Origin: a virus
Taxonomy: Duplodnaviria > Caudoviricetes
Strand: one strand, 5' to 3'
Virus record (IMG/VR): IMGVR_UViG_3300033066_001396
Coordinates: 1 to 64,000 of that record
DNA length: 64,000 nt
Part shown: piece after piece, positions 55,731 to 64,000 of the stretch
Position numbering within the stretch: position 1 is the stretch's first letter
How the letters are laid out: every line of letters starts with the position of its first letter
The notes under the pieces: generated by a model
Told to the model about the DNA's origin: nothing
What the model saw: only the letters and a program-made list of their open reading frames with translations
Database searches by the model: none
Position numbers and translations under genes: made by a program

Positions 55731-55743
55731 ACTTGTGCATAAC
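54685..55743 (+). mobile_element. Gene-cassette-like unit 2 (MTase) bounded by complementary core sites
   Basis: GTTATGCACAGGTTT (54685-54699) vs AAACTTGTGCATAAC (55729-55743): 14/15 inverted match; visibly more AT-rich than its neighbours. Confidence 0.6.
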
Positions 55744-55824
55744 ATAGAGATTGACGAAATATGAACATACAACTAATTAGCAATAAACCAATTGTATTCC
55801 TAAGTTAAAAACAAAACACTACAT

Positions 55825-56472
55825 ATGAAATGTACAAGATGCGGCAAAGAAGCCTATAATCACCGCCGCTGTGATGCCTGCATAAGGAAATGGACTGACA
55901 TGAGAGCCACAATATGGGAAACCCTCACCATCAAATACGGAAAATTCTCCCCAGAGAACATCAAAGAATGGCAAAAGGAAACCAGAAAGCTCGAAAACAT
56001 ATGGAAAAAGGACGAAACCAAATTCACAGAAGCTATAAACAAAATCCACATGACAGACTGCTACTTCATCCCCTCAAAAGAATCCTCTTCCGCAACCATC
56101 TGCGCTAACTGCGGCCAAGAAAAAATGGTACACACCGCAGGCGAAGGCCTTAAAGCAAGTAAAGTCATCATGAACTTTACCCAAGAAGAACAAACAGAAC
56201 TCCAAAGGCTCTCAACTATCATCCACTACAAACAACCCACATATGACGACCTGGAAAAAGCCGACGCCCTTTCAAGGAAAAAAATTGGGTATCAACAGAG
56301 CCTCAAGCCAGTAACCCTTACGCGCATCCCCCATAAATTCAAAAAAATCCTTGTAAAAAAAGACGGTTCCACCTGGCACCTATCTAACTCCGAAGTAAAA
56401 GACTGGGAGAAAGCCGGCTCAATATCCCCGGGCGACATACTTTACCGAATAGTCACCGACACCCTTTACTAG
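55825..56472 (+). CDS. Hypothetical protein with CxxC motifs
   Basis: CTRCG..CDAC..CANCG; TAG stop directly followed by an in-frame ATG. Confidence 0.6.
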   Translation: MKCTRCGKEAYNHRRCDACIRKWTDMRATIWETLTIKYGKFSPENIKEWQKETRKLENIWKKDETKFTEAINKIHMTDCYFIPSKESSSATICANCGQEKMVHTAGEGLKASKVIMNFTQEEQTELQRLSTIIHYKQPTYDDLEKADALSRKKIGYQQSLKPVTLTRIPHKFKKILVKKDGSTWHLSNSEVKDWEKAGSISPGDILYRIVTDTLY

Positions 56473-56973
56473 ATGAAAAAAATTACAGCCAACGACATAA
56501 GCCGACAACTGATAGGGTGGGTGCAGTCTTCCGGAGCCGAAATATGCATACCCAACTACTACTACGGACCCTATGAAATGGACTTGTTCCGCCTTACAAC
56601 CTCTGGCTACGTATATGAATACGAAATAAAAGTATCGTTACAAGACTTTCGAAAAGACCTGGCAAAATCACAAAAGGTGTATAACCGGTCTGAAACAAAA
56701 AAACACGAGACAATGGCCTCAGGAACCGCAACACCCAACAAGTTCTATTTCGTCGTCCCAGAAAACCTAGTACCCCTAAAAGAGATCCCCCCATATGCCG
56801 GCCTCATCTGCTTCTGCAGATCCCGACCATTTCTAAAAACAATTAAGCCCGCCCCCTTTATTCACCGCAACCCATTCCCCCAAGACAACTATAAGAAAAT
56901 AGCTCTCTCCCTTTCCTGGCGCGAAATAAGACTGCGCTCAAAGATAATCAGACTCACAAAGCCTTCTACGTAG
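56473..56973 (+). CDS. MmcB-like PD-(D/E)xK nuclease-fold protein
   Basis: EMDLF...YVYEYEIKVSLQDFRKD, PNKFYFVVP, PPYAGLI. Confidence 0.7.
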   Translation: MKKITANDISRQLIGWVQSSGAEICIPNYYYGPYEMDLFRLTTSGYVYEYEIKVSLQDFRKDLAKSQKVYNRSETKKHETMASGTATPNKFYFVVPENLVPLKEIPPYAGLICFCRSRPFLKTIKPAPFIHRNPFPQDNYKKIALSLSWREIRLRSKIIRLTKPST

Positions 56974-57072
56974 ATACCATCCTCCATCCCTCTTTTCAAG
57001 CTCTCTTTTCCTTAACCCCCCCACATACGCTAAAGTTCCGACCTTAAGAACGCTCAGCTAACTTAACACCTG

Positions 57073-57573
57073 TCACGAAAACCTTGCAAATTCACCACGA
57101 TGAATTACGCTAGCTTCAATATACGCCTTAGCAGCATCCCCTTTGTCATTATATCTCCCCAAATTTATAGTCTTCCCGTTAATGGATATTGCAGCAACCC
57201 ACCTCCTTTTCTCCCTACACCAAGATACTCCTTTATGCCCTGATGTATTTGTTCTTGTTATCCCACAGTTACTACTATTATCTGAATGAGTTGCTAATCG
57301 CAAATTCTCAATCCTGTTATCTTGCTTGTTCCCGTTAAAATGGTCTATCTGATACCCTTCTGGTATAGCCCCATAGTGCCATGACCATATAACCCTGTGT
57401 TCAAAATATCTAATACCATCTATTCCAAGTGATCTGTACCCCTTCCCTCTTACACTCCCTGTCCGATCTCCTTTTAAAACATTACCCCTACTTATCGCCC
57501 AAAACAACTTACCTTCTTGATAATTAAAAAGATATCTCAAATATTTAACATCCGGAAGAGCATTTATTTTCAT
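57073..57573 (-). CDS. HNH homing endonuclease with AP2 domain
   Basis: HRVIW, IDHFNGNKQDNRIENLRLAT, NTSGHKGVSW...WVAAI...LGRY. Confidence 0.9.
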   Translation of the reverse strand: MKINALPDVKYLRYLFNYQEGKLFWAISRGNVLKGDRTGSVRGKGYRSLGIDGIRYFEHRVIWSWHYGAIPEGYQIDHFNGNKQDNRIENLRLATHSDNSSNCGITRTNTSGHKGVSWCREKRRWVAAISINGKTINLGRYNDKGDAAKAYIEASVIHRGEFARFS

Positions 57574-58025
57574 ACGCTAATTTACCAATTTATATCAACA
57601 TAAACAATAGATAACCCGTTGAATACTAACCCATATACGTACATGACCTGCCAATACCTCACATCGATAAGGCGATATATAAGACCCCCGCCTGTCTGTG
57701 TGCGTGGATACCCGCCCTCACCCCTGCCCCTGCCCTGCCGGTTTTTCCGCATCCCCCCGTGTGTTGACCTGGGCGTAATTTGGCACAATTTGCCAGACAC
57801 AAATTTTTTATATGATCACTTTGAAAGGTGCCACTTTGCAAATTGGATTTTAAAAAACCAGGCTAAGAGGTGAGGCATTAAGATCAGCGCATTTTTGCTG
57901 AGGTGGTGTAATGTTTTGCCATATGGATAATAGGCATTAGGATAATAAAGAATATTAACCCATGACATTTTTCTAAATATGTTATTACTACTTTCAGGGT
58001 ATAGGATTCGGGGGTCTGGCTGTCT

Positions 58026-58033
58026 TATCTTTG
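58026..58033 (+). promoter_or_regulatory. -7 element TATCTTTG (early-region promoter)
   Basis: 34 nt before ATG 58068; the same motif recurs at 59704-59711. Confidence 0.6.
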
Positions 58034-58067
58034 TGCCATCATTTTAACAAACCTAAAACAAAAATTT

Positions 58068-58250
58068 ATGAAAGCGGAAATTATTAAACAAGGCAACGTT
58101 GAAGTACTACAAATTCAAGTACCAATTGTAAAGCGATCAAGCGCAAGCGGCAAAACAACAATTATTGCCAGTACTAATGGCAACCAACCGAGTACGGTTA
58201 TTATGGACGGCAAACCCGTAATTGTTGGCCTGAATGCATGGATTAAGTAA
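58068..58250 (+). CDS. Small conserved hypothetical protein
   Basis: SSASGKTTIIASTNGN...VIVGLNAW. Confidence 0.7.
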   Translation: MKAEIIKQGNVEVLQIQVPIVKRSSASGKTTIIASTNGNQPSTVIMDGKPVIVGLNAWIK

Positions 58251-58263
58251 AATAATTCTGACA

Positions 58264-58286
58264 GCCTGGAAAGACAGGCATTTTTT
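58264..58286 (+). terminator. Terminator-like hairpin
   Basis: GCCTG-GAAAGA-CAGGC-ATTTTTT. Confidence 0.55.
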
Positions 58287-58315
58287 ATTTTGTTTAACCT
58301 AAAAAATATAAAATT

Positions 58316-58642
58316 ATGAATGACTATACCATCACTTTAAGCCCGCACGAATTATACACCCTAAAACAAGCCTTATTGACGGCTGAAATGCACGCGAAGA
58401 AGCTTGGAGCGGGTGCCTCCCGTGATATTTCCGCCCTGCACGCTGACATTGACCTACAAATAGAGCACGCTCAGATCGAACACCCAGAAAGGTACAGGGA
58501 AGAGCGCACCGGAATTGACCTTATTAATGACAGCAAAAAGCAATATGTGATTAAAGACCTTCAATTAACCCAGGATATAAACGATCAGATCAAAGCGATC
58601 GAAGCCAATTATTTACTAACCAATCAAACCGAATCAATATGA
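58316..58642 (+). CDS. Hypothetical protein
   Basis: A-rich leader. Confidence 0.6.
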   Translation: MNDYTITLSPHELYTLKQALLTAEMHAKKLGAGASRDISALHADIDLQIEHAQIEHPERYREERTGIDLINDSKKQYVIKDLQLTQDINDQIKAIEANYLLTNQTESI

Positions 58643-58743
58643 AAAGAGAATTAACACCATCCGAGGCCGCAGGACTATTCCTATTTTACGGCCTTGTATT
58701 AATGGCCTCCGCCATATTTTCAACCTATTTACTAACTAATTAA
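58639..58743 (+). CDS. 34-aa membrane peptide (not in track)
   Basis: MKRELTPSEAAGLFLFYGLVLMASAIFSTYLLTN; ATGA coupling. Confidence 0.5.
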   Translation: MKRELTPSEAAGLFLFYGLVLMASAIFSTYLLTN

Positions 58744-58800
58744 TATCAAATATACATTCTATATAATTTATATAATCTATATATTTTATATATTTGCTCT

Positions 58801-59046
58801 ATGAATGTATTAATATCTTTACCGGATAGCCTCTTGGAGACAATCGAGGCCTCCGCCAAACAATCCAGGCGCAGCAGAAAAGCTGAGATAGAAAACATTA
58901 TTTTATCTCATTACAACGCTTTATCAACTACCGAACCCGCTTTGCCTGACCTCGGAGATACCGATACCATGCAAACAAAAACCGCACATCTATCTAAAGG
59001 GCAGCAGGTTAGACTAAATAAACTACAAAACCTAATAAAAAAATGA
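58801..59046 (+). CDS. Ribbon-helix-helix (Arc/CopG-like) regulator
   Basis: VLISLPDSLLETIEASAKQSRRSRKAEIENII; TATATTTG 4 nt upstream (58789-58796). Confidence 0.7.
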   Translation: MNVLISLPDSLLETIEASAKQSRRSRKAEIENIILSHYNALSTTEPALPDLGDTDTMQTKTAHLSKGQQVRLNKLQNLIKK

Positions 59047-59356
59047 AGTCCATCTTATTTTCTTTGTTCCTAATCATTGGCACCTGGCCATACTTACCCC
59101 ACAAATCCGGCCTGCCATACGCTCATTACAGCCTCAAGGCCGAGCGCAAGAGCCGGAAGGAGCGCAGGCACCAACGATAAACCAATCTAAGCACTAAACG
59201 AGGGGAAACGTGGGGAGGGGGCCACTCCCGCCCACCCAAACGGGTCCCAATCGATAGTGTTCGAGACTAATTTTAGTTAAAATTGGGGGTTAAGCGAAAA
59301 AAGAGTGGGTGTATCAAGGATTTACATATTACCTAAACAATCAAACTTAAAAAGCT

Positions 59357-59644
59357 ATGCGAATCTTTAATATTGATCAGGAAACAGATGCCGGATATAT
59401 GGCATATAAGGCCATGACAAAGACAGATAGTTCAGTATTTCAGGCTATTGAAAAGGAGTTTGACAAGTGGATAGACGGGCGGCCGGATTATAACGAAATG
59501 TATTTTAGTGATGAAGCGGTATACACTAAAAAGGGGGCAATAATACAGGCTATTGATCAGGCCCTTGAAGTGATGGAGGAATATAAACTTAAATGGATTG
59601 ATTTGAATGATAGCCGGTTAGACTTGTGGGCAGCGTTTGAGTGA
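59357..59644 (+). CDS. Hypothetical acidic protein
   Basis: A-rich leader. Confidence 0.6.
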   Translation: MRIFNIDQETDAGYMAYKAMTKTDSSVFQAIEKEFDKWIDGRPDYNEMYFSDEAVYTKKGAIIQAIDQALEVMEEYKLKWIDLNDSRLDLWAAFE

Positions 59645-59758
59645 TTTTTTGTATATATGTTAATACCATTTTTGTGGTATTGTTTAGGGGTGGGGGGCGG
59701 CGGTATCTTTGTACTTCAATTTTTTAATTAACTTTTTTTAATCCAAAAATCTAATAAC

Positions 59759-61042
59759 ATGAAAAATTCATTTAGCAACGTTAACGGGTGGGACGTAGAA
59801 ATACACACCGGAAAAAATTACAATGGTATTATTGCGTGTAGTGCGCAATTCGGCACCAGTAAACAGAAGAACGGGTATAGCACGTTTGAATATGCTATGT
59901 TTACCGATCCCAATATAGTTTTGGCCAAGTCAGCACCGGGCACCAGGGCAACGGAGAAGGCTATACAAACCATTCACGCGGCCGGACTAGCTAAGTTCGA
60001 AGCCATGAGGGCGGCGGGTGAATTGCCGATTAAAAAATCAGTGTCAGAAATACAGATAGGGCAAATATTATTCCTGAACGGTTACGGTCAGGACGAGCAC
60101 AGCCACGAACAAGAGGCCGTTTATAAGATCGAGGGCCAACGGTATTTTACGGTTAATATGTCAACCCTTGCCCTTTCCAGTCATGAACACGTTAGGCCGA
60201 TTGAGGAAAAATTTGGGATCGGTACGTATTACAAAAAGGGCGACACGTTGCCGATTGAAGAGGTAGAGGCCGCAGTGATTAAGGCCCTGGAAAAAAGAGA
60301 GGCCGATAATATCGCCGAAATAGAGGTACAAAAGGCCCAGGAAGAAGAAAGAGCCGCCAAAATAGCGGAGGGGTCTAAAATATTACCCGCTATTCCTGTA
60401 GGGGTTACACATGTAATTGTAGCAGAATTAAGGGAGAACACAAGCGACCCCATGACGGACTACTTTGGCTATATTACAGTTAAAACCGTATACCTTGCAT
60501 GGTCCCGTCACGATCGCAATTTGTTTGATGAGATGCGCAAGGCAGCAGCCAACGGGAGCCCGGAGATAGCCGTATTATCCGAAAACAATTCCAATATGGA
60601 ACATCGGGAAAATTATAGCGGCGGCTCGGGTATGTATTTAGGGGAATCCAAGTATTTCGGATGGATCATAAGAAAGCGCAGGGTGCCAACCCTTGAAGAG
60701 TTGCAAATAGCTGCAGCAGAAGGCCGAGTAAATATCCCGGACGAGGACACACCAGGCCAGGCACCCGCAGACCTGGGCGGAGATATCGCAATGCTTGACT
60801 ATTCAGAAAAGGCCTTTATAGTTAGGGGAGAAGGCACCAGAGCAATAAAAGACGATTTACGGGGCCTCGGTGGAATGTTTAATTTTAGATTACAGGGCGG
60901 CCCTGCCTGGGTATTTAGCAAGACCAAACTGGATAAAGTAATGAATTACTTGCAAGGCCTTAAAACCCGCCAGGATGAGGTAATAGGAGCCCTTAAAGAC
61001 GAATATTCCAAGATGCAGGAATTTATAGGATCAGAAGCATAG
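59759..61042 (+). CDS. Multi-domain early protein (polyvalent-protein-like)
   Basis: SDPMTDYFG motif, EHRENYSGG.G.YLG, C-terminal DYSEKAF.V.G.TRAIKD.L..LGG.FN..L...WVFSK domain; own promoter at 59704. Confidence 0.6.
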   Translation: MKNSFSNVNGWDVEIHTGKNYNGIIACSAQFGTSKQKNGYSTFEYAMFTDPNIVLAKSAPGTRATEKAIQTIHAAGLAKFEAMRAAGELPIKKSVSEIQIGQILFLNGYGQDEHSHEQEAVYKIEGQRYFTVNMSTLALSSHEHVRPIEEKFGIGTYYKKGDTLPIEEVEAAVIKALEKREADNIAEIEVQKAQEEERAAKIAEGSKILPAIPVGVTHVIVAELRENTSDPMTDYFGYITVKTVYLAWSRHDRNLFDEMRKAAANGSPEIAVLSENNSNMEHRENYSGGSGMYLGESKYFGWIIRKRRVPTLEELQIAAAEGRVNIPDEDTPGQAPADLGGDIAMLDYSEKAFIVRGEGTRAIKDDLRGLGGMFNFRLQGGPAWVFSKTKLDKVMNYLQGLKTRQDEVIGALKDEYSKMQEFIGSEA

Positions 61043-61125
61043 TTTTTTTTAGGTTCAATTTTCCAGGGCCGTTTTTAGAAGTAATTACGGCCCCGGTTTT
61101 TCTTCTCACATTAAAAGACCTTAAC

Positions 61126-61335
61126 ATGAGTATAGACAAAACAATTCACTATATAGGGGCTCAAATTGTTGACCATATAAACAGCTTAACCCTGGGCCAG
61201 TTACGAGCCATGAAACAGGCATTAACCGAAGATATAAGCATTCCGGTACCCTGGAATAAACAAGGCACGCCGGAACTATTTAAACGTACTATTGAACTGC
61301 AATATATTAACCAACGATTAAAAAACGAATCATGA
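61126..61335 (+). CDS. Hypothetical protein
   Basis: Coupled early gene. Confidence 0.55.
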   Translation: MSIDKTIHYIGAQIVDHINSLTLGQLRAMKQALTEDISIPVPWNKQGTPELFKRTIELQYINQRLKNES

Positions 61336-61571
61336 ATATCACATGGAAAGACAAAAAAACGCTTTTCCTGGGGCGCAACGGTACATTTAAATGTACCGGG
61401 GTAATTGTTTCGGAAATAATGTACCTACCAAAAGACAAAAGCGCAAGCGCATTTAACGGGGTTGCAATAGAGCCCTTAACAAGTCTTGGGAAAATTGGCA
61501 GATGTGCTATTGATATCCCAATAGAATCAATACCGGAACTGATTGAAAACCTTAAACAATTTATAAAATGA
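61332..61571 (+). CDS. Hypothetical protein
   Basis: ATGA coupling. Confidence 0.6.
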   Translation: MNITWKDKKTLFLGRNGTFKCTGVIVSEIMYLPKDKSASAFNGVAIEPLTSLGKIGRCAIDIPIESIPELIENLKQFIK

Positions 61572-61861
61572 AAACATTAGCAGACTTTAAGCGCAGGATT
61601 AAACCAGGCGTTAAACTTCATACTATTTTCCACAGCATGGCCGGAGACATCGACAAAGGTATTCGACCGGTTACCATTGTAAAAACCCAAAATTTTGCAC
61701 TCAAAACAGAACAGCCCGATAAAACTGTCGACTCCTGGGTGAATTTTCCCAGGTCCAACGACTTCAAAATAGTAGACTGTAATACCGTTCAAATGCTGCA
61801 TTTTAACCCGATCACCAAGCACACCCAAGTAATATTAACCTATAAATTTATTGAGGCATGA
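61568..61861 (+). CDS. Hypothetical protein
   Basis: MKTLADFKRRIKPG; ATGA coupling. Confidence 0.6.
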   Translation: MKTLADFKRRIKPGVKLHTIFHSMAGDIDKGIRPVTIVKTQNFALKTEQPDKTVDSWVNFPRSNDFKIVDCNTVQMLHFNPITKHTQVILTYKFIEA

Positions 61862-62118
61862 GACATATATCAGCAGGGGAGGTATTCACAAAAAACTTAC
61901 TTGAGCGGCTTAATTATAAAGCTTGGGAGAAAACAGGGGTTAAGGGTCAGGTTATTGTATTAAAAGACCACAAACCAGGCTATAACTTTGCATTAAAAGA
62001 AAACCGGACAGAAATAGCACTACCAAAGGACGCCATAAATGGAAGCCCTAGCCGCTTCATCCGGGATTTTGAGACGACAATGAACTCATTTGTTTATCAA
62101 ATAAAACTAACGCCATGA
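61858..62118 (+). CDS. Hypothetical protein
   Basis: ATGA coupling. Confidence 0.55.
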   Translation: MRHISAGEVFTKNLLERLNYKAWEKTGVKGQVIVLKDHKPGYNFALKENRTEIALPKDAINGSPSRFIRDFETTMNSFVYQIKLTP

Positions 62119-62345
62119 CAATCAAGATCCAGTTAACCAAGTTAACCAACCACGTAATTACCCAATCCATCAGCCCACCCGGCCCGGTTGAAATAGATTA
62201 TATTATTGATCGTGTTGGTGAAACAGTACGTAATTATTTGCGTGCCGAGATTAAAGACGCTAAATACGGCCAGATCGTTGACCTGGAAATAAACATTAAT
62301 ACCCTGGAATCCCAGGACATTAATCCAGAAGAAGAAGGCTTTTAA
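62115..62345 (+). CDS. Hypothetical protein
   Basis: ATGA coupling. Confidence 0.55.
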   Translation: MTIKIQLTKLTNHVITQSISPPGPVEIDYIIDRVGETVRNYLRAEIKDAKYGQIVDLEININTLESQDINPEEEGF

Positions 62346-62551
62346 AAATATTTCTTAACCCGATGGGCCGCCCATAGTAAAATCCGAATTAGATGCAATC
62401 GGCCCGTCATTTTTTAACCTAAAAAAATGAAAATATACAGAGTCAAGGCAGGTGTTACAGAAAATTACAAAACTGGTATGGTTTATAAGGGATATTTGGC
62501 CCACAGAACTTCTTTGTGAATTGATATTATAAACTTAAAAAACTAAAACTT

Positions 62552-62737
62552 ATGAAAACATATCTTAGTATAAGGATTGTTAAAGCGAGCAATAAAAAGA
62601 GGGCAATTGAAAAGATCCAAAACGAGGATTTTGTAGAAGATCATAAACTTTCAGACGTGGTAATCACAGAAAATGAATTTATGAAAATATATACCAAAGC
62701 AGCAATTGTAAATCATAAAACATTTAGAAAAACTTAA
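62552..62737 (+). CDS. Hypothetical protein
   Basis: A-rich leader. Confidence 0.55.
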   Translation: MKTYLSIRIVKASNKKRAIEKIQNEDFVEDHKLSDVVITENEFMKIYTKAAIVNHKTFRKT

Positions 62738-62741
62738 AACC

Positions 62742-64000
62742 ATGTTTGGAATTGATTTTTATCCAACTCCTCCAGATGTCATTGATATGATGATAGACAT
62801 ACCAATACGGGGAAAAACGATTTTGGAGCCCTCGGCCGGGCGTGGAGATATAGTGGACTATCTGTTAGCCCAGGGAGCTAAAAACGTGCTGGCCGCAGAA
62901 ATAGACCCATCACTAAGGACTATTCTAAAAACCAAAGCCGAACTTGTGGCCATAGATTTTTTGGATCTTAAAGCGGAGCGCATTTCGCATATCGATGCTA
63001 TTATCATGAATCCGCCATTTAGTCGGGCCGCTGAACATATTTTGCACGCCTGGGCAATAGCACCGCCAGGCACACAAATACGGGCATTGCTCAACATGGC
63101 AACAATTAAAAACACATATAGCCAGGCCCGAGTCGATTTAACTACAATTATAGAAGAAAACGGATCGGTTGTATCATTGGGCAATGTGTTCAATAAAGCA
63201 GACCGGCCCACAGAAGTAGAGGTAGGCCTGGTAAGACTTAAAAAACCTGGAGAATCAGCAACTCAGGAATTTGAGGGCTTTTTTATGGATGAGGATATAG
63301 AGGCCCAAGGCGACGGCCTAATGCCTTATAACGTTGTCCGGGACATTGTAAATCGATACGTAGAGGCCGTGAAAATATTTGATCTGCAACTGGAACAGGG
63401 GGTGAGACTCAACAGTATACTAAAAGGTTTTTATGGTCATGAGTTAGGATTGCAGGTAACCCAGGAAGGCCGGGCAAAATCTAAAAATGAGTTTAAAAAA
63501 GATTTACAGCGTGACGCCTGGAAGTATATTTTCGATAAACTGGATTTAAGCAAATATACTACCAGGGGAGTAATGAATGATATTAATAAATTCATTGAAC
63601 AACAGACCGAAGTTCCTTTCACCATGCGAAATATATATTGGATGCTGTCAATAGTCAGAGGCACCACCGGATCCAGAATGGATAAGGCACTGTTAGAGGT
63701 ATTCGAAAAACTTATATCCATGTCCTATGATGGAGAAAACAAATACTATCCCGATGGCCGTTGGAAAACCAATAGCCACTACCTGGTAAATGAAACATTT
63801 ATTATTCCACGCATGGCCGAGACCGATCGATGGCATAAGGGCAATAAAATACAGCAAAATTATGGGGGGTATTGGGATTACATTGAAGATCTTGTAAAGG
63901 CCCTTTGTTTTATCACCGGTGACAAATACGAATCCTTTGGCACACTATCAAATACCATAAGATACGAGTATAAGATTAGAACTGCCGATACTGTTAAATA
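62742..64000 (+). CDS. N6-adenine methyltransferase-like protein with DUF4942-type extension (partial; missing from track)
   Basis: MFGIDFYPTP, ILEPSAGRGDIVD, AAEID, DFL, IIMNPPFS; frame open to the window end. Confidence 0.85.
   Translation, partial: MFGIDFYPTPPDVIDMMIDIPIRGKTILEPSAGRGDIVDYLLAQGAKNVLAAEIDPSLRTILKTKAELVAIDFLDLKAERISHIDAIIMNPPFSRAAEHILHAWAIAPPGTQIRALLNMATIKNTYSQARVDLTTIIEENGSVVSLGNVFNKADRPTEVEVGLVRLKKPGESATQEFEGFFMDEDIEAQGDGLMPYNVVRDIVNRYVEAVKIFDLQLEQGVRLNSILKGFYGHELGLQVTQEGRAKSKNEFKKDLQRDAWKYIFDKLDLSKYTTRGVMNDINKFIEQQTEVPFTMRNIYWMLSIVRGTTGSRMDKALLEVFEKLISMSYDGENKYYPDGRWKTNSHYLVNETFIIPRMAETDRWHKGNKIQQNYGGYWDYIEDLVKALCFITGDKYESFGTLSNTIRYEYKIRTADTVK

Noticed and set aside
57781-57795. 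Sigma-54 promoter (TGGCAC...TTGC)
   Set aside because: Spacing is 3 nt rather than the required 5 nt, and the copy at 39081 lacks TTGC.
57582-57873. Short ORFs across the C-rich tract
   Set aside because: Low-complexity, mutually overlapping and without credible initiation context; better explained as non-coding signal sequence.
62858-63721. Minus-strand ORFs 62858..63211 and 63437..63721
   Set aside because: Shadows of the plus-strand methyltransferase that runs off the window edge.

Overview
A 64-kb segment of a large tailed dsDNA bacteriophage with a crAss-like (Crassvirales-type) head module. The host is almost certainly in Bacteroidota, judged from TAnnTTTG promoters and host-like exported proteins. 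The left 39 kb (minus strand) is the late region. It holds TerL, portal, a scaffold-like protein, MCP, conserved head/neck genes, IHF-like, GroES-like and NinG-like genes, an unusually Cys-rich set of structural proteins (up to 1788 aa) and four proteins with mucin-like Ser/Thr/Pro tracts. Next to these sits a glycosylation cluster: a tandem GT60-like GlcNAc-transferase fused to a CX5R phosphatase, HtrL-like GTs, a carbamoyltransferase and a methyltransferase-GT fusion. The right 25 kb (plus strand) holds small accessory genes, including Tad1, ArsR, DHH, ATP-grasp, HAD, three DNA methyltransferases, an initiator-type tRNA-Met and an amber-suppressor tRNA(CUA). A probable genome end or leading-region boundary lies near 57.7 kb. 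Best candidates for undescribed systems: (1) the amber-suppressor tRNA plus a Pth2-like gene that begins ATG-AAA-TAG, in a genome that is otherwise not recoded; (2) phage-encoded mucin-type O-glycosylation of virion proteins sharing a C-terminal S/T/P tag; (3) two tandem integron-cassette-like (attC-like) units, one carrying a DNA methyltransferase whose start codon lies inside the hairpin loop. All family calls come from motif recognition by eye; no searches were run.
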